DNA from: Opitutales bacterium
GTDB taxonomy: Bacteria > Verrucomicrobiota > Verrucomicrobiia > Opitutales > Coraliomargaritaceae
Reading direction: 5' to 3'
Assembly (NCBI GenBank): GCA_049598495.1
Contig: JBMYNR010000002.1
Coordinates: 53,740 to 117,739 of the forward strand
Length of the DNA stretch: 64,000 nt
Both the position numbers and the translations under genes were made by a program. This document shows positions 10,607 to 22,524 of the stretch, piece after piece (position 1 is the stretch's first letter; each line of letters begins with the position of its first letter). A model generated the notes under the pieces. That model saw only the letters and a list, made by a program, of their open reading frames with translations. It was not told the origin of the DNA and did no database searches.

Positions 10607-11449
10607 ATGTTTGAACAGATTACCATCCTAGGCCCGGGTCTGCTGGGCACCTCCCTCGCGCTGGCCCTCAAGGAGCAAGGGCTAACAAAGCGTGTGCATA
10701 CCTGGTCGCGGCGTGCCGAGACACGAACGCAGGCGATTGCCGCGGATTGGTGCGATGCCGTCTTTGAGAAGGCTGGCGCAGCCTGCCGGGGAAGCGATCT
10801 GGTCGTCATTTGCACACCGGTCGATACGATCGTCCCAATCCTGAAAGAAGTCGCCTCCTCGCTCAAGGCGGGGGCGCTCGTCACTGATGTCGGCAGCACA
10901 AAAAGCCAGATTTGCCGAGAGGCCCTAGGTGCACTCGAAGATCGCTCTGTTTTCATCGGCTCACACCCCATGGCCGGCTCCGAGCAGACCGGGATGGCGC
11001 ATGCTCGTTCCAATTTGTTCAAGGGCGCCTGCTCCATCATCACGCCACTTGACGATTGCCCCGAGACGGAGATCGCCCGCTTGCGCCGGTTGTGGGAAGC
11101 ACTTGGAATGGAGGTCGTCAGCTGCTCACCCGAGCAGCATGACGAGATCGTCGCCCACATCAGCCACCTCCCCCATCTATTAGCGTCGAGCCTTTGCAGC
11201 TACCTCTCAGGCAAAGAAGCTGGCTGGAAGCATCTGTCCGGAGGCGGACTTCGCGATACGACACGGGTCGCCGCGGGCGACCCCGCCCTATGGAAGCAGA
11301 TCCTTGAGCAGAATCGCGAAGAGGTGCTTCAAGCGATCGACGGCTTTGATTCCGAATTACAAGCCCTCAAAGGCGCGCTCTTGAATAACGACAGCCTCAA
11401 GCTTGCCGCTCTTCTTGAGCGAGGTCGAAAATACCGGCAGAATTTTTAG
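10607..11449 (+). CDS. tyrA: Prephenate/arogenate dehydrogenase
   Basis: GPGLLG Rossmann motif, TDVGSTK, SHPMAGSE, HDEIVAHISHLPH. Confidence 0.92.
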   Translation: MFEQITILGPGLLGTSLALALKEQGLTKRVHTWSRRAETRTQAIAADWCDAVFEKAGAACRGSDLVVICTPVDTIVPILKEVASSLKAGALVTDVGSTKSQICREALGALEDRSVFIGSHPMAGSEQTGMAHARSNLFKGACSIITPLDDCPETEIARLRRLWEALGMEVVSCSPEQHDEIVAHISHLPHLLASSLCSYLSGKEAGWKHLSGGGLRDTTRVAAGDPALWKQILEQNREEVLQAIDGFDSELQALKGALLNNDSLKLAALLERGRKYRQNF

Positions 11450-11461
11450 CCGCCCTTCCCC

Positions 11462-12820
11462 ATGCTGGATCCTCTGCTCATTCAACCAATTAACCATTCC
11501 TTGGACGGGAAACTTTCCCTGCCCGGCTCCAAGAGTATCACCAATCGTGCACTCATTCTGGCAGCACTCGCTGAAGGTGTCACCACTCTCAAGGGTTCGC
11601 TTTTTAGCCGCGACACGCGAATTATGCTAACGGCTCTCGAGACACTCGGATTTGAGGTCTCTGCCGATGAAGATGCGCATTCGATACGCGTGGTGGGCTT
11701 AGGTGGACGTATCCCGAATAAGCGAGCAAAACTCGACGTGGGTAATGCGGGCACTGCAGCAAGATTTCTCACTGCCTTCCTCGCCCTCCATCCCGGTGGC
11801 GAGTATGAACTCGATGGCGATACACCCATGCGCAGCCGTCCGATGTCAGGCCTAATCCGCGCCCTCTCGGACTTGGGCGCAGCCGAATTTGAATACCAAG
11901 GCGAGCCGGAACACTTCCCCTTTACCCTGCGCGCGAAAGGTTATCATGGAGGCGAAGCCATTGTCGATGCCGAGGCTAGCAGCCAAATACTCTCCGCGTT
12001 GCTTCTCTCCGCGCCCGTTGGAGGTTCGGTCAAGTTGACCTGTCCCGACGTGCGACCACAGTATGTCGCGATCACACTCAAGATGCGCGAAGCCTTTGGC
12101 GCGGCCGCAGTGGAGATCGATGACTCGGGCATTTATGAACTACCGGCAACCACCTATGCGCCGAATCCCGGCGGCAGCTATGCGATCGAACCCGATGTCT
12201 CAGCCGCCAGTTACTTTCTAGCCCTCACCTTGATTCATGGCGGGGAGCTAAGGATCCCAAATCTCAACAAAGACCCCCTTCAAGGGGATGCCCATTTCGC
12301 TGAAGTGCTCGCTCATCACGGACTGCGCGTCGACGCCGATCGAGGTAGCTGGACGGCGACCTGCAACAACCCCGAGGGGATCCAACGCGGCCACCGCGAG
12401 ATTGATTTCAACAGTATCTCCGATACCTTCCTTACCTATGCCGCGATGGCTCCACTGCTCGGCGGCTCGGTCCGCATCACAGGCATTGGGCATACTCGCA
12501 ACCAGGAGACCGATCGCATTGCCGGCATGGCTGCAGAACTCTCAAAGCTCGGCCAGCTCGTCAAAGAAGAGCCCGATGCACTCACAATCCAGCCCAAACC
12601 GAATGAACTCCGGGCGCGCGCCTTACAGGCCCGTAGCGAGGGTAAGCCGATCACGATTGATACCTACGAAGATCACCGCTTCGCCATGAGTTTTGGCGTG
12701 CTTGCTAGCTTTGATTTACTCGGTGATGGCCAACCTTGGCTGGCCATCAAAGACCCGGCTTGCTGCGGCAAGACTTTTCCCGGGTTTTTTGCTGCCCTTG
12801 AATCGCTCCGTAATGGCTAG
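11462..12820 (+). CDS. aroA: EPSP synthase
   Basis: PGSKSITNRAL, GNAGTAARF, QETDRI, DHRFAMSF. Confidence 0.96.
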   Translation: MLDPLLIQPINHSLDGKLSLPGSKSITNRALILAALAEGVTTLKGSLFSRDTRIMLTALETLGFEVSADEDAHSIRVVGLGGRIPNKRAKLDVGNAGTAARFLTAFLALHPGGEYELDGDTPMRSRPMSGLIRALSDLGAAEFEYQGEPEHFPFTLRAKGYHGGEAIVDAEASSQILSALLLSAPVGGSVKLTCPDVRPQYVAITLKMREAFGAAAVEIDDSGIYELPATTYAPNPGGSYAIEPDVSAASYFLALTLIHGGELRIPNLNKDPLQGDAHFAEVLAHHGLRVDADRGSWTATCNNPEGIQRGHREIDFNSISDTFLTYAAMAPLLGGSVRITGIGHTRNQETDRIAGMAAELSKLGQLVKEEPDALTIQPKPNELRARALQARSEGKPITIDTYEDHRFAMSFGVLASFDLLGDGQPWLAIKDPACCGKTFPGFFAALESLRNG

Positions 12821-13475
12821 CCGGGGGACATTCACTATCGTGACGATGGACGGCGGCGCTGCCGTTGGAAAATCTTCGACCTCCAGAGGGTTAGCGGAGC
12901 ACCTAAACTTCATGCACGTCGATACAGGTGCCCATTACCGCACTTTGACCTACGCACTCCTCTCGACCGGAGCAAGCCCCGAGCAGGCCGACGAGGTCTC
13001 CGAGAAACTGAAGCGTCTCTCACTGGGAACAGAACTACAAGGTCGTAGCGCCAAGCTCAGTATCAATGGGGTTGTGCCAGCCGATGCGGAAATCCGCTCG
13101 CCTGAGGTCAATGCCGGGGTCTCCAAATTCGCCGCGATCGAATCATTGCGAAACTTTCTATTTGATTACCAGCGCAGTCAGGCCGAGGTCGCTGAGGCGC
13201 AGGGATTTGCCGGGCTCATTATGGAAGGCCGTGATATCGGCTCAGTCATATTCCCTGATGCGCAATATCGTTTCTTCCTTCATGCCGATGAGGCCACACG
13301 CGCAGCACGTCGAGCCAAAGAGGGACAGATCGATTCCATCGCTGACCGCGATAAGTTGGACACAAGCCGCAAGACAGCCCCTCTTGTCTGCCCGCAAGGC
13401 GCCACTCAAATCGATACGGCACCGTACACGCTCGATGAAGTCATCGGACTCATCGCAAACCAGATTCAAGCCTAG
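12813..13475 (+). CDS. cmk: Cytidylate kinase
   Basis: DGGAAVGKSS P-loop, DTGAHYR, EGRDIGSVIFPDA; ATG overlaps the aroA 3' end. Confidence 0.92.
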   Translation: MASRGTFTIVTMDGGAAVGKSSTSRGLAEHLNFMHVDTGAHYRTLTYALLSTGASPEQADEVSEKLKRLSLGTELQGRSAKLSINGVVPADAEIRSPEVNAGVSKFAAIESLRNFLFDYQRSQAEVAEAQGFAGLIMEGRDIGSVIFPDAQYRFFLHADEATRAARRAKEGQIDSIADRDKLDTSRKTAPLVCPQGATQIDTAPYTLDEVIGLIANQIQA

Positions 13476-13508
13476 ACCATCCTCCCTTTCATCCCCACCT
13501 TCACTTCC

Positions 13509-14156
13509 GTGCCGTCATCCATTCCAAATCACCCACTCTACGACATCGTTCGGACGCTTGCGAACTGGTATTTCAGTTCTTTTTACGATTACACGCAGAG
13601 CGGCAGGGCCAACGTGCCTGAGACTGGGCCTGTTATCTTCGCAGCCAACCATGTGAGTTTTTACGATCCTCCGGCGATTGGCGCCTGCCTGGATCGCCGG
13701 ATCAATTATTTTGCCCGAGACACTCTGTTCAATGGCCTCTTCGGGAAAGGACTTACTGAAATCGGTACCATTCCCGTGGCCCGGGAAAATGCTGAGGTGA
13801 AATCCCTGAAGGCCATTTTTAAATCATTGAAGGCCGGAGGCGCGGTTGCGATTTATCCCGAAGGGACCCGATCCCCATGTGGCCGACTAATGGAACCGAA
13901 GCCTGGCGCGGGAATGATTGCCTGTAAGTCGAAGGCGACCGTCATCCCAACCCGTCTCTTCGGGACCTATGAAGTCTTCGGGCGCTCCGACAAGACGCCA
14001 CGGATCGGAGGCAGAATCCACATCACCTACGACCGACCCATGTCCACCGAGGAAATTGACCCTGGGAAAGACCACCCCGATCGCTACCTTGAAGCCTCCC
14101 GCCGCATAATGGCACGCATTTCAGCGCTTGAACTGCCGCAAGAGGTACCGATTTAA
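13509..14156 (+). CDS. plsC: 1-acyl-sn-glycerol-3-phosphate acyltransferase
   Basis: NHVSFYDP and YPEGTRS motifs. Confidence 0.9.
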   Translation: MPSSIPNHPLYDIVRTLANWYFSSFYDYTQSGRANVPETGPVIFAANHVSFYDPPAIGACLDRRINYFARDTLFNGLFGKGLTEIGTIPVARENAEVKSLKAIFKSLKAGGAVAIYPEGTRSPCGRLMEPKPGAGMIACKSKATVIPTRLFGTYEVFGRSDKTPRIGGRIHITYDRPMSTEEIDPGKDHPDRYLEASRRIMARISALELPQEVPI

Positions 14157-14585
14157 ACCGTTAATGGACGTGAATTAACGTGAATCAAAAGGATATTGAT
14201 ACTCTGATTTTTAAGCTCAACGGAGCTGCCATGGCCGTGCTCCATGAGTTGGGACACGGACTCCGCGAAAAAACTTATGAGCGCGCGCTATGCGTAGAGC
14301 TTGAACATCTTGATATCTCTTACAGCCAGCAAAGGGCCACCCCGTCGTCTATAGGGAAGTTAAAGTAGATGAATATATATCCCTGATCTAGAAATCGAAA
14401 ACACACTCCTGCTAGATGCAAAAGTCGTCCCGAAAATCGGTGACAATGAACTTGGGCAGATGCTTAACTTCCTCAAAATCACGAAGCAATCCGTTGGCTT
14501 AATCCAGAACTTTAAACACCCAAAACTAGAATGGCGCGTCGTATATCCTCAAATTGATTAACGTTCATTAACGTTCATTAACGGT
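14157..14585. mobile_element. Inverted-repeat-bounded GxxExxY cassette
   Basis: Left end ACCGTTAATGGACGTGAATTAACGTGAAT (14157-14185) matches the reverse complement of ATTAACGTTCATTAACGTTCATTAACGGT (14557-14585) at 25/29. Confidence 0.6.
14180..14561 (+). pseudogene. GxxExxY (PD-(D/E)XK-like) protein with two frameshifts
   Basis: GLREKTY; homology continues in other frames (PVVYREVKVDEY; PDLEIENTLLLDAK...QMLNFLKITKQSVGLIQNF); shifts near 14338 and in the TA run near 14375. Confidence 0.85.
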
Positions 14586-14603
14586 ATAAAAATCTCTCTC
14601 ATC

Positions 14604-15800
14604 ATGTCTCAATCATCCGATCGCTACGCCCAGCGGGGCGTCTCATCCTCCAAATCCGAAGTCCATGCCGTCGTCGACAATCTGGACCGCGGAGTCTTTC
14701 CCGGAGCCTTTTGCAAAATTGGCAGCGATATCCTCACGGGAAAGCCCGAAAAGTGTAATATCATTCATTCCGACGGCTCCGGGACAAAAAGCACCCTCGC
14801 CTACCTGCATTACCGCGAAACGGGTGACCCCAGCGCATTTCGTAAAACTGCCCAAGACAGCCTCGTCATGAACATTGACGACCTGCTCTGTGTTGGCGCG
14901 ATCGATGGGATTCTCATCTCCAGCACCGTCAACCGCAACGCACGCGCGATTCCCGGCGAGGCACTCGGCCAGCTCATCGCCGGCACCGAGGATTTTCTCT
15001 CAACCCTTCGTGAGTATGGGGTCGGCGTGCACAGCGGCGGGGGCGAAACCGCCGATGTCGGCGACTTGACCGGAACTGTGACTGTCGATTCCTGCGCCGT
15101 CGTCGTCATGGATCGCTCAGACGTTATCGATAACGCCAACATCAAGCCGGGCCTCGCCATCGTCGGACTGGCATCGTCGGGGCAGGCCAATTATGAAAGC
15201 TTCGAGAACTCCGGTATTGGCAGCAATGGTCTGACGAGCGCACGCCACGACCTACTAAGCCCTTACTATTTAGAAAACTACCCGGAAACGGTCGATTCTA
15301 AGACCGATCCGCAGTATCTCTATTGCGGCCCCTACAAGATGAGCGATCCGCTTCCCGATTCAAACATGACGGTCGGCGACGCGCTCCTTAGCCCGACCCG
15401 CACCTACGCACCCGTCATAAAGAAGTTGCTCTCAGAAAACCGGGAGAGCATCTACGGAATGGTACACTGCTCAGGCGGAGGCCAGACCAAGTGTATCCGA
15501 TTCGGCACGGGCGTGCATCACATCAAGGACAACTTTCTGCCTGTGCCCCCGATCTTTAAGGCCATTCAGGAAGCCAGTGGCACCAGTGATGAAGAAATGT
15601 TCCGCGTCTATAACATGGGGCACCGAATGGAAATCTACTGTGACCCCGAAGCTGCGGCAGACATTATCGCCCAGAGTGAGTCGTTCGGCATCCCCGCACA
15701 GATCATCGGCCGAACGGAAGCCAGCGATCGCGAGAACGGCGAAAACCACGTCACCATTCAACACGAAGGAAAGACGCTGGAATACAGCATCGATCACTAG
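14604..15800 (+). CDS. purM: AIR synthase (phosphoribosylformylglycinamidine cyclo-ligase)
   Basis: [43 protein letters not shown]. Confidence 0.9.
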   Translation: MSQSSDRYAQRGVSSSKSEVHAVVDNLDRGVFPGAFCKIGSDILTGKPEKCNIIHSDGSGTKSTLAYLHYRETGDPSAFRKTAQDSLVMNIDDLLCVGAIDGILISSTVNRNARAIPGEALGQLIAGTEDFLSTLREYGVGVHSGGGETADVGDLTGTVTVDSCAVVVMDRSDVIDNANIKPGLAIVGLASSGQANYESFENSGIGSNGLTSARHDLLSPYYLENYPETVDSKTDPQYLYCGPYKMSDPLPDSNMTVGDALLSPTRTYAPVIKKLLSENRESIYGMVHCSGGGQTKCIRFGTGVHHIKDNFLPVPPIFKAIQEASGTSDEEMFRVYNMGHRMEIYCDPEAAADIIAQSESFGIPAQIIGRTEASDRENGENHVTIQHEGKTLEYSIDH

Positions 15801-15932
15801 TTCACCGACGGCGGAGTTTCTTGTTCGACGGGCTCATCGACCTGTATCGGGTCCACAACATGAGAACACACCTCCTTTTATTTCCGGACCTGGCCGCATC
15901 GCTTCTGCTTCCGCTGTCTTTGGCGATGAACC

Positions 15933-16448
15933 TTATTTCTTGGCCTTATTCTTCTTGCCGCGCTTCTTCTTTTTGCTCTTGAGCAGTTTCTTGACCTTCT
16001 TGCGCTGGTCTTCGCGAACGATGTAGCCGATACAATTATCGGAACCGCAGCGACAGGGGTGATCCATGAAGTGCTCCATGTCATAACCGTAGTCGTAGAC
16101 GAGCTCATCGCCCTTTTTGATATCCTTAATCGCGGTAATCCAGATCTCGCCCTCGCAGTTGACCGCCTCGCAGTTGCCATCGCATGAGTGGTTGATATAG
16201 CGGGCCGGATTATCGCCGAGCCGGCCATCGATATCATACTTATCGTCGAGCTCAAAAATATAGACGAGGCCATCGCCTGTCTCGCGGGCCTTTTCTTCCC
16301 ATTCGAGAGCACGTCGAGTCGACTCCTTTTTGGTAATCTTCTCGCCAACATATTGAATGATATCGGTGCCTTCTTCGATATCCTCCGTCGCATACAGGCC
16401 CCGTCCGTGGATGTCGGACACCCTAACCTCGCAAAGTTTCTTCGGCAT
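15933..16448 (-). CDS. SET-domain lysine methyltransferase with post-SET motif
   Basis: [33 protein letters not shown]; Lys-rich tail. Confidence 0.92.
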   Translation of the reverse strand: MPKKLCEVRVSDIHGRGLYATEDIEEGTDIIQYVGEKITKKESTRRALEWEEKARETGDGLVYIFELDDKYDIDGRLGDNPARYINHSCDGNCEAVNCEGEIWITAIKDIKKGDELVYDYGYDMEHFMDHPCRCGSDNCIGYIVREDQRKKVKKLLKSKKKKRGKKNKAKK

Positions 16449-16469
16449 AAGTATCTGTTCGATTTGGTG

Positions 16470-17468
16470 CTATTCAGGTTTCAGATCCCGAGACATCAAC
16501 TGCTGCATCGCAGCCATGGGTTCGAGGCCTTCGTAGAGGATGGCATGAATGACGCTGAGAATCGGAGCGTCCACATTTTTCTCGCGACAAATCCGGTAGA
16601 GGCAGTCACAAGCGCGGTAGCCTTCGATCACCGATTTCTGTCCCTCGACAATATGCAATGGGATTTCGCCCTGCCCCACGCGTTCGCCGAAGCTTCGGTT
16701 GCGACTCCAATCCCCCGAACAGGTCGCCACAAGATCACCAAAACCACTCAGCCCGAAATAGGTTTCCTTTTGCCCACCAAGGGATGCCCCAAGTCGGACT
16801 AATTCATGGAGGCTGCGCGTCAGTAAGGCCGCCTTGGCATTATCCCCGAGCTGCAATCCGTCACAAAGGCCCGACCCAATGGCATAAACATTTTTGAGCG
16901 TACCGCCCAACTCGGTGCCACGCACATCGTCGGTCAAATATACACGGAGCGCAGCATTGCTGAACGCCTCCTGGTAGCGCTCGGCATCGGCGCAATCACT
17001 GCCCAAAGCAAGCGCGACTGCGGTTGGTTTGCCCGCAGCCACCTCCCCGGCAAAGGTCGGCCCGGAGAGTACGCCACAAGACATGCCCGGGAGTTCTTCG
17101 GAAAGAATTTCCGCCGGGGTCTTCAGGGTTTCAAGTTCGAGCCCCTTGCACATGATGAGACAAAGCTTGAGTTGCCACGCAGCGGCCAGGTGAGGCTTGA
17201 TCGACTGACAGAGGGCGCGGAGCGCCTTGGAAGGACATGCCAGAAAGACAGCCTCGGCCTCCATCAGGACAGGTCCCAGTTCGCAGCCAACTTGGATGCG
17301 GTGCGGCAGCTTGAACCCGGGCAAATAGTCGGTATTCTCACGGGAAGATGCGATCGACAACGCGTGCTCCATACGGCGAGGGACCAGCGTAACGGAATGT
17401 CCACAGCGATCGAGGTGGAGCGCCATCGCCGTCCCCCAGGCGCCGGCCCCTAGAACACAAGCATTCAT
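16470..17468 (-). CDS. gpsA: NAD(P)H-dependent glycerol-3-phosphate dehydrogenase
   Basis: [31 protein letters not shown]...SRN. Confidence 0.95.
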   Translation of the reverse strand: MNACVLGAGAWGTAMALHLDRCGHSVTLVPRRMEHALSIASSRENTDYLPGFKLPHRIQVGCELGPVLMEAEAVFLACPSKALRALCQSIKPHLAAAWQLKLCLIMCKGLELETLKTPAEILSEELPGMSCGVLSGPTFAGEVAAGKPTAVALALGSDCADAERYQEAFSNAALRVYLTDDVRGTELGGTLKNVYAIGSGLCDGLQLGDNAKAALLTRSLHELVRLGASLGGQKETYFGLSGFGDLVATCSGDWSRNRSFGERVGQGEIPLHIVEGQKSVIEGYRACDCLYRICREKNVDAPILSVIHAILYEGLEPMAAMQQLMSRDLKPE

Positions 17469-18241
17469 GAAGGGAACTTTCGTTTGCGGACATCCTCCGC
17501 GTAGTTCGCAAAGGCAGCGCGCGCCTCATTCCCGAGCCCTGCATACTCCCGGACAAAGGACGGCACATAACCGGCATTCAGCCCGAGCAGGTCGTTGCTC
17601 ACCAAAATCTGCCCGTCGCAGTGGGGCCCACTGCCGATTCCGATCAGGGGAACCTTGATCTTATTGGCAATGGAACCGGCGACCGTGCCGTCAATCAACT
17701 CGCAGAGCACGGCAAAGCAGCCCGCCTCCTCAAAGGCAAGAGCGTCATTCAATAACTGACTCTTTTCGGCATCATTGTGACCGAATTTCCGGTATCCACC
17801 CAGTTGATAATAATTCTGCGGGAGCAGGCCGATATGCGCAAGAACCGGGACCCCAGCTCTTACTAATCGATCTACCTTCGGTGCCATATCGGCATCGCCC
17901 TCAATCTTCACCGCTTCGACGCCCCCCTCCTGCATCAATCGCCGACTCGCCTCGAGCAACTTACTAAACTCGTCGTGTGCGATGGCAAAAGGAACATCTG
18001 CCACGACCAACGCTTCTGGCTTTGCCCTCGTGACAGCCGCCGCGTGGTGCACCATCATGTCCAGCGTCACTGGCACAGTCGTCTTGAAGCCAAGCTGCGT
18101 CGTGCCAACAGAATCTCCCACCAAAATCAAGTCCACCCCGGCCTCGTCTGCATAGCGAGCCATCACTGCATCATATGCTGTAACGGCAACGACTGGACGC
18201 TCTCCTTTAAGTAGAGAAATCGTTTGGGTTGTTATTTTCAT
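17465..18241 (-). CDS. panB: 3-methyl-2-oxobutanoate hydroxymethyltransferase
   Basis: [29 protein letters not shown]; start MKITT at 18241. Confidence 0.95.
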   Translation of the reverse strand: MKITTQTISLLKGERPVVAVTAYDAVMARYADEAGVDLILVGDSVGTTQLGFKTTVPVTLDMMVHHAAAVTRAKPEALVVADVPFAIAHDEFSKLLEASRRLMQEGGVEAVKIEGDADMAPKVDRLVRAGVPVLAHIGLLPQNYYQLGGYRKFGHNDAEKSQLLNDALAFEEAGCFAVLCELIDGTVAGSIANKIKVPLIGIGSGPHCDGQILVSNDLLGLNAGYVPSFVREYAGLGNEARAAFANYAEDVRKRKFPS

Positions 18242-18331
18242 AATCCGAGAGATTACATTTGAAAATGTAGACTCGATCGTGAATCTGGACACCAGAACAT
18301 CGTTTGACAACTCTTTGTCTCTGACGGAAAA

Positions 18332-18604
18332 ATGCTTCGCTTTATCTACCAATGGCGCCATCGCCGAGCGCACAAGACAGCCTCATTCGAGGTCCCTTCC
18401 GGACAGGATGGCAGCCGTACTCGCTGGGCGAGCCTAGCCAGCTACATGTCGCAGGCCTCGGTGCGTGGTCGTTCCTTCGATCCATTCGATCGCCCACAAA
18501 AACGCCGAAGAAATGTTGCCGCGCTCCTAGCCATGGCGGCATTCACACTACTGGCCTGGGTCGTGACTGAAAGTATCTTTGCGCTCGAGCTTTTTCGGCA
18601 CTAG
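18332..18604 (+). CDS. Hypothetical small membrane protein
   Basis: ORF fills the gap between panB and rluD; C-terminal TM helix. Confidence 0.55.
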   Translation: MLRFIYQWRHRRAHKTASFEVPSGQDGSRTRWASLASYMSQASVRGRSFDPFDRPQKRRRNVAALLAMAAFTLLAWVVTESIFALELFRH

Positions 18605-18641
18605 AGCACTCGCGGGGCTTGGAGCGGCCCACCGCCCCCAA

Positions 18642-19574
18642 TCAAGGCGCCAACTGCTCCATTACCAATCTAAAGTCCTTGGGCAGGGATGCTTGAAAGC
18701 TCATTAGCTCTCCGGTCAGTGGGTGCTGTATTCGCAGTTCGGTGGAATGCAGCATCACTCTTGGGATCGATATGCCCTTCAATCGGGATGCCTTAAAGCC
18801 GTAGGTGCTGTCGCCAAGAATCGGCACCTTAAGCGCGCTCATATGAACGCGTATCTGGTGCGTGCGACCGGTATGAATGATACAAGTGATCTGTGAAGCT
18901 CGCTCTCCATAGCGCTGTAGAACCTCCCAGTCGGTATGTGCCGGCTTACCATGGGCGACCACTGCCATGCGTGTACGAACGATCGGATGGCGTCCAATCG
19001 CCTCTTTGATTGTCCCTTTGCTTTGTATGGATGTCCCCAAAACAAGCGCCGTATAGCGCTTGTAGGTCTGCCGTTTGCTGAAAGCGCTCGCAAGCTTGTG
19101 ATGTGCCGCATCGGTCTTCGCAACAATGATCAGCCCACTCGTTTCCTTGTCCAATCGATGAACAATACCAGGACGATCTGGTGCACCAACTGAACTGAGC
19201 TTCTCGCCACAGTGGTGGAGCAGCGCGTGCACCAGAGTGTCATCGCCCGTTCCACTCCCAGGGTGCGTGATCATTCCCGCAGCCTTGTTAATGACGATGA
19301 TGGACTCGTCTTCAAAGACCACATCGAGTGGAATATCAGTGGCGACGAGAGGCGCTTGCAAAGCGGGCCCCTCCAGAGCCGCACAGAGTCGCCCTGGCCG
19401 GCTGATCTTGAACCGCTTATCGATGACCACGCCGTCGAAACGAACCTTCCCCGCTTCGAACGCCTTTTGCAGGCGAACACGGCTCACGTCTTCAAATTGA
19501 GCGGCGAATATCTTGTCGGCGCGCCCGGGCTTCGTCCCTTCGGGAACTGTATATTCTATAATACGGTCCGGCAT
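18642..19574 (-). CDS. rluD: RluA-family pseudouridine synthase (RluD-like)
   Basis: [25 protein letters not shown]-terminal S4-like region. Confidence 0.9.
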   Translation of the reverse strand: MPDRIIEYTVPEGTKPGRADKIFAAQFEDVSRVRLQKAFEAGKVRFDGVVIDKRFKISRPGRLCAALEGPALQAPLVATDIPLDVVFEDESIIVINKAAGMITHPGSGTGDDTLVHALLHHCGEKLSSVGAPDRPGIVHRLDKETSGLIIVAKTDAAHHKLASAFSKRQTYKRYTALVLGTSIQSKGTIKEAIGRHPIVRTRMAVVAHGKPAHTDWEVLQRYGERASQITCIIHTGRTHQIRVHMSALKVPILGDSTYGFKASRLKGISIPRVMLHSTELRIQHPLTGELMSFQASLPKDFRLVMEQLAP

Positions 19575-19583
19575 GATGAAATA

Positions 19584-19699
19584 GGTACGGCGCCTTCGAC
19601 GAAAGCGCCGTTCGACTCACGGAAACGTATGACCATCCAAATCAATACAGCAATCCGATAAATGTCGGCGAACGGCTCTCTCGGCGAGAGCGCCCTACC
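19584..19699. repeat. Inverted REP doublet (REPIN-like)
   Basis: GGTACGGCGCCTTCGACGAAAGCGCCGTTCG and inverted copy GGTAGGGCGCTCTCGCCGAGAGAGCCGTTCG (25/31). Confidence 0.7.
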
Positions 19700-20636
19700 C
19701 GAGAAAACCTCTGACGGCGGCACAGTCCCTCTCAATCTGCGCTTTCAGCACATCGACCGAATCGAATTTTTGCTCGGGACGCATGAACTGCAACCACTCG
19801 ACCTCGATCGCATCTCCGGCACCCAGCGTCGTCACTTCCAAACCATGGACTTCAAGCGCCGGGGCCTGCTCTGCCTCGGCAATGGTTGGCTTGACCCCAT
19901 AATTAGCCACAGCGTCCTCCCATTCGGCAGCGCCAACTGCACGGAAACGAACGTAGTAGACTCCAAATTTCGGCAGGCACTCGGGTTGCCACGGCAAGTT
20001 GAGTGTCGGGAAGCCAATCTGACGGCCAAGTTGATCACCTGCCACCACTTCCCCCAGAGATCTGTAGTTATAGCCGAGCAGATCATTCACCTCTGCGATG
20101 TGGCCCAGCTTTAATTCGGCACGGATACGAGTACTGCTGATTGGCTCGCCATTGTGCTTAATGCGATCTGCACTAAAAACCCCCAGGCCCAAGGCTTTGC
20201 CAGAGTTGATTAAGGTCGTCACATCCCCTGCTCGCTTCCTTCCGAAACGGAAGTTCTCTCCAACGTAGATGGATTTTAGCGCGGGCAGTTGCTCTTTGAG
20301 GTGAGATAGAAACTCCTCTGCAGGTATCGCCGCGAAGGCCGCGTCAAAATGCTTACAAATCACACAGTCCACTCCAATATTATGGAGCATCTCTGACTTC
20401 GTCTTGATCGGCATGATCAATTGAGTGGGGTCCTCGGGGCGAAAGAGTCGACTTGGGTGTGGGTTAAAGGTCAACACACAGGAAACCCCAGCTGAGCGCC
20501 GTGCCGACAGGACCGCCGATTCTATGACCGCCTTGTGGCCGAGATGAACGCCATCAAAAACCCCGATTGCCAAATGAAGCTCACCGCTAAGTCCGGTGAG
20601 TTGTCCAAAATCTTCGACAGTGACGGGGAAGTTCAT
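19695..20636 (-). CDS. ribF: Riboflavin kinase/FAD synthetase
   Basis: [27 protein letters not shown]. Confidence 0.96.
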   Translation of the reverse strand: MNFPVTVEDFGQLTGLSGELHLAIGVFDGVHLGHKAVIESAVLSARRSAGVSCVLTFNPHPSRLFRPEDPTQLIMPIKTKSEMLHNIGVDCVICKHFDAAFAAIPAEEFLSHLKEQLPALKSIYVGENFRFGRKRAGDVTTLINSGKALGLGVFSADRIKHNGEPISSTRIRAELKLGHIAEVNDLLGYNYRSLGEVVAGDQLGRQIGFPTLNLPWQPECLPKFGVYYVRFRAVGAAEWEDAVANYGVKPTIAEAEQAPALEVHGLEVTTLGAGDAIEVEWLQFMRPEQKFDSVDVLKAQIERDCAAVRGFLG

Positions 20637-20642
20637 CTGAGC

Positions 20643-21371
20643 TTACAATGCATGGCTTGGCACGGCTTGCATGACCGGAATCAATCGCTTGCGCAGTGCC
20701 GAAGAAGACATCGCCTCTAGCTCATCCAACGTGGCGGCTTTTTCAACGCGAAATTGGCCAACACCCGTCCGACGCAGAACGTTCAGGTGACCCCCGCAGC
20801 CCAACTTCTCGCCAAGGTCATGGGCAATCGTCCGAACATAGGCACCTTTACTCGTGCCCACAGTAAAGGATATCTCCGGCGGAGAAAAGTCCGTGAGATC
20901 AAAGCGGCTGATATGAATCACCCGCGGCTCGCGCTCGACCGTCTTGCCCTGACGCGCCAGCTTGTAGAGTTTCTGGCCGTTAATTTTCTTGGCCGAAAAC
21001 ATTGGAGGCGTCTGATACTGGTCTCCGAGGAAGGTCTTCAACTCGGCCTTGACCCTGTCCTCTGCCAGCTCAGGCACCGGGCGCTCCTCGATAAGCTCGC
21101 CATCCGCATCCTGCGAATCAGTTATCTGCCCCAGTCGCACGGTGCCCGTGTACTCTTTACCGAGACTTATCAAATACTGCGACACCTTGGTCGCCTTACC
21201 AATGAGAATCAACAAAAGGCCCGTCGCCATAGGATCCAGAGTGCCCGCATGTCCCACTTTCTTCATGTGGTAGATGCGGCGTATCTTCGATACAACATCG
21301 TGCGAGGTAATTCCCTGTGGTTTATCAACAAGCAGAATGCCCTCGGGTGCGTCTTGGTTAGGTTGAGACAT
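20643..21371 (-). CDS. truB: tRNA pseudouridine(55) synthase
   Basis: [26 protein letters not shown]; start MSQPN at 21371. Confidence 0.96.
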   Translation of the reverse strand: MSQPNQDAPEGILLVDKPQGITSHDVVSKIRRIYHMKKVGHAGTLDPMATGLLLILIGKATKVSQYLISLGKEYTGTVRLGQITDSQDADGELIEERPVPELAEDRVKAELKTFLGDQYQTPPMFSAKKINGQKLYKLARQGKTVEREPRVIHISRFDLTDFSPPEISFTVGTSKGAYVRTIAHDLGEKLGCGGHLNVLRRTGVGQFRVEKAATLDELEAMSSSALRKRLIPVMQAVPSHAL

Positions 21372-21481
21372 AATTAGAAAACTACCGCTGGGTGATCCGG
21401 CGAAACGAAAGTTTAGAGAGGTCGAGTTGCTAGGTGTAACGCGGCGGCGATCGTCGCTGGACAGATCGCCAGGTGCTCCAA

Positions 21482-21506
21482 ACACTGGCTATCGCCAGGG
21501 TTCTAC
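21482..21506 (-). repeat. GTAG-type REP
   Basis: Minus strand GTAGAACCCTGGCGATAGCCAGTGT; sister copy at 22896-22920. Confidence 0.7.
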
Positions 21507-21525
21507 GCTTTTGATGACGCGCGGT

Positions 21526-22524
21526 TTAATCGATGGTTTTCAGATGTTTGCCGATGGCTTCCATCAGCTTCGGATAAAATACCTCGATCGAGCTATCCTC
21601 AACATTCAATCCGGCGGCACAGGCATGGCCACCGCCGCCGAAATGCTTCGCGATTTGATCGACCCTATATTTGGGATCCTTGGCCCGCAGGCTACCCTTG
21701 AGCGCACCGGCGCGTTCCTCAATCAGAACCCCGATATCCACTCCGTCGATCGCCCGTGCATAGTCGACCAAGCCCTCGGAGTCTTCGATTGTGGCACCTG
21801 TCGACGCGTAAACGCCATCCTCGATCAGACCGACACAGATCCGGTTATCAAATTCCATAGTCAGGGAATCGAGAAAGGTCTGCAGGAGCTTAATCTTGGC
21901 GAAGCTCTCACGCTCATAGAGCTGGTAGGCCGCCTCCGCAGGGTTCGCGCCCAGCTCACAGAGCCGACGTGCAATCTCAAAGGTCTCTGGCGTCGTTGAG
22001 GGGAAGCGGAACTGCCCTGTATCCGTCGCAATACCCACATAGAGGGCCTGAGCAGTGACGGCATCCACCTCATAGCCATTGTCCAAATAAAAGCCGGCTA
22101 GAATCTCCGCCGTCGCACAGGCGCTACCGATAACTACATTCTCTTTGCCGTAGAGTTTATTGGAAATATGGTGATCCACATTAAGTGCCACCTCGGGAAA
22201 GAGTGTGTTCAGTCGATCGCCAACACGTTTGAAATCAGCACAATCCACAGAGACTGCAAGATGCCCATCAGGCGTGAACTCCTCCGCGAGTGCCATCGGT
22301 GTATCTCCCACAAAGGCTTCCAGCGCAACCGGGATGGCGTCGCGGTTCAAGCCGATCGCTTCGATTCCGAGGTTTTGCAACACACGCACCACCGCCACTG
22401 TTGAGCCGATGCAATCGCCGTCCGGGCGCTGATGCCCCAACACCGCCACCTTATGGCCTTTTAAATTTTCGATGACCCGCGCAAAGCGAGGGCTCTCCTC
22501 AGGATAGAATTTATCGTCCGTCAT
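21526..22524 (-). CDS. nrnA: DHH/DHHA1 phosphoesterase (NrnA-like)
   Basis: [29 protein letters not shown]; start at 22524. Confidence 0.88.
   Translation of the reverse strand: MTDDKFYPEESPRFARVIENLKGHKVAVLGHQRPDGDCIGSTVAVVRVLQNLGIEAIGLNRDAIPVALEAFVGDTPMALAEEFTPDGHLAVSVDCADFKRVGDRLNTLFPEVALNVDHHISNKLYGKENVVIGSACATAEILAGFYLDNGYEVDAVTAQALYVGIATDTGQFRFPSTTPETFEIARRLCELGANPAEAAYQLYERESFAKIKLLQTFLDSLTMEFDNRICVGLIEDGVYASTGATIEDSEGLVDYARAIDGVDIGVLIEERAGALKGSLRAKDPKYRVDQIAKHFGGGGHACAAGLNVEDSSIEVFYPKLMEAIGKHLKTID

Noticed and set aside
14330..14385. Programmed frameshifting in the GxxExxY gene
   Set aside because: Two separate shifts are needed and there is no canonical slippery heptamer; decay is the simpler explanation.
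14557..14585. CRISPR-like repeats
   Set aside because: 10-nt units with no spacers and no cas genes.
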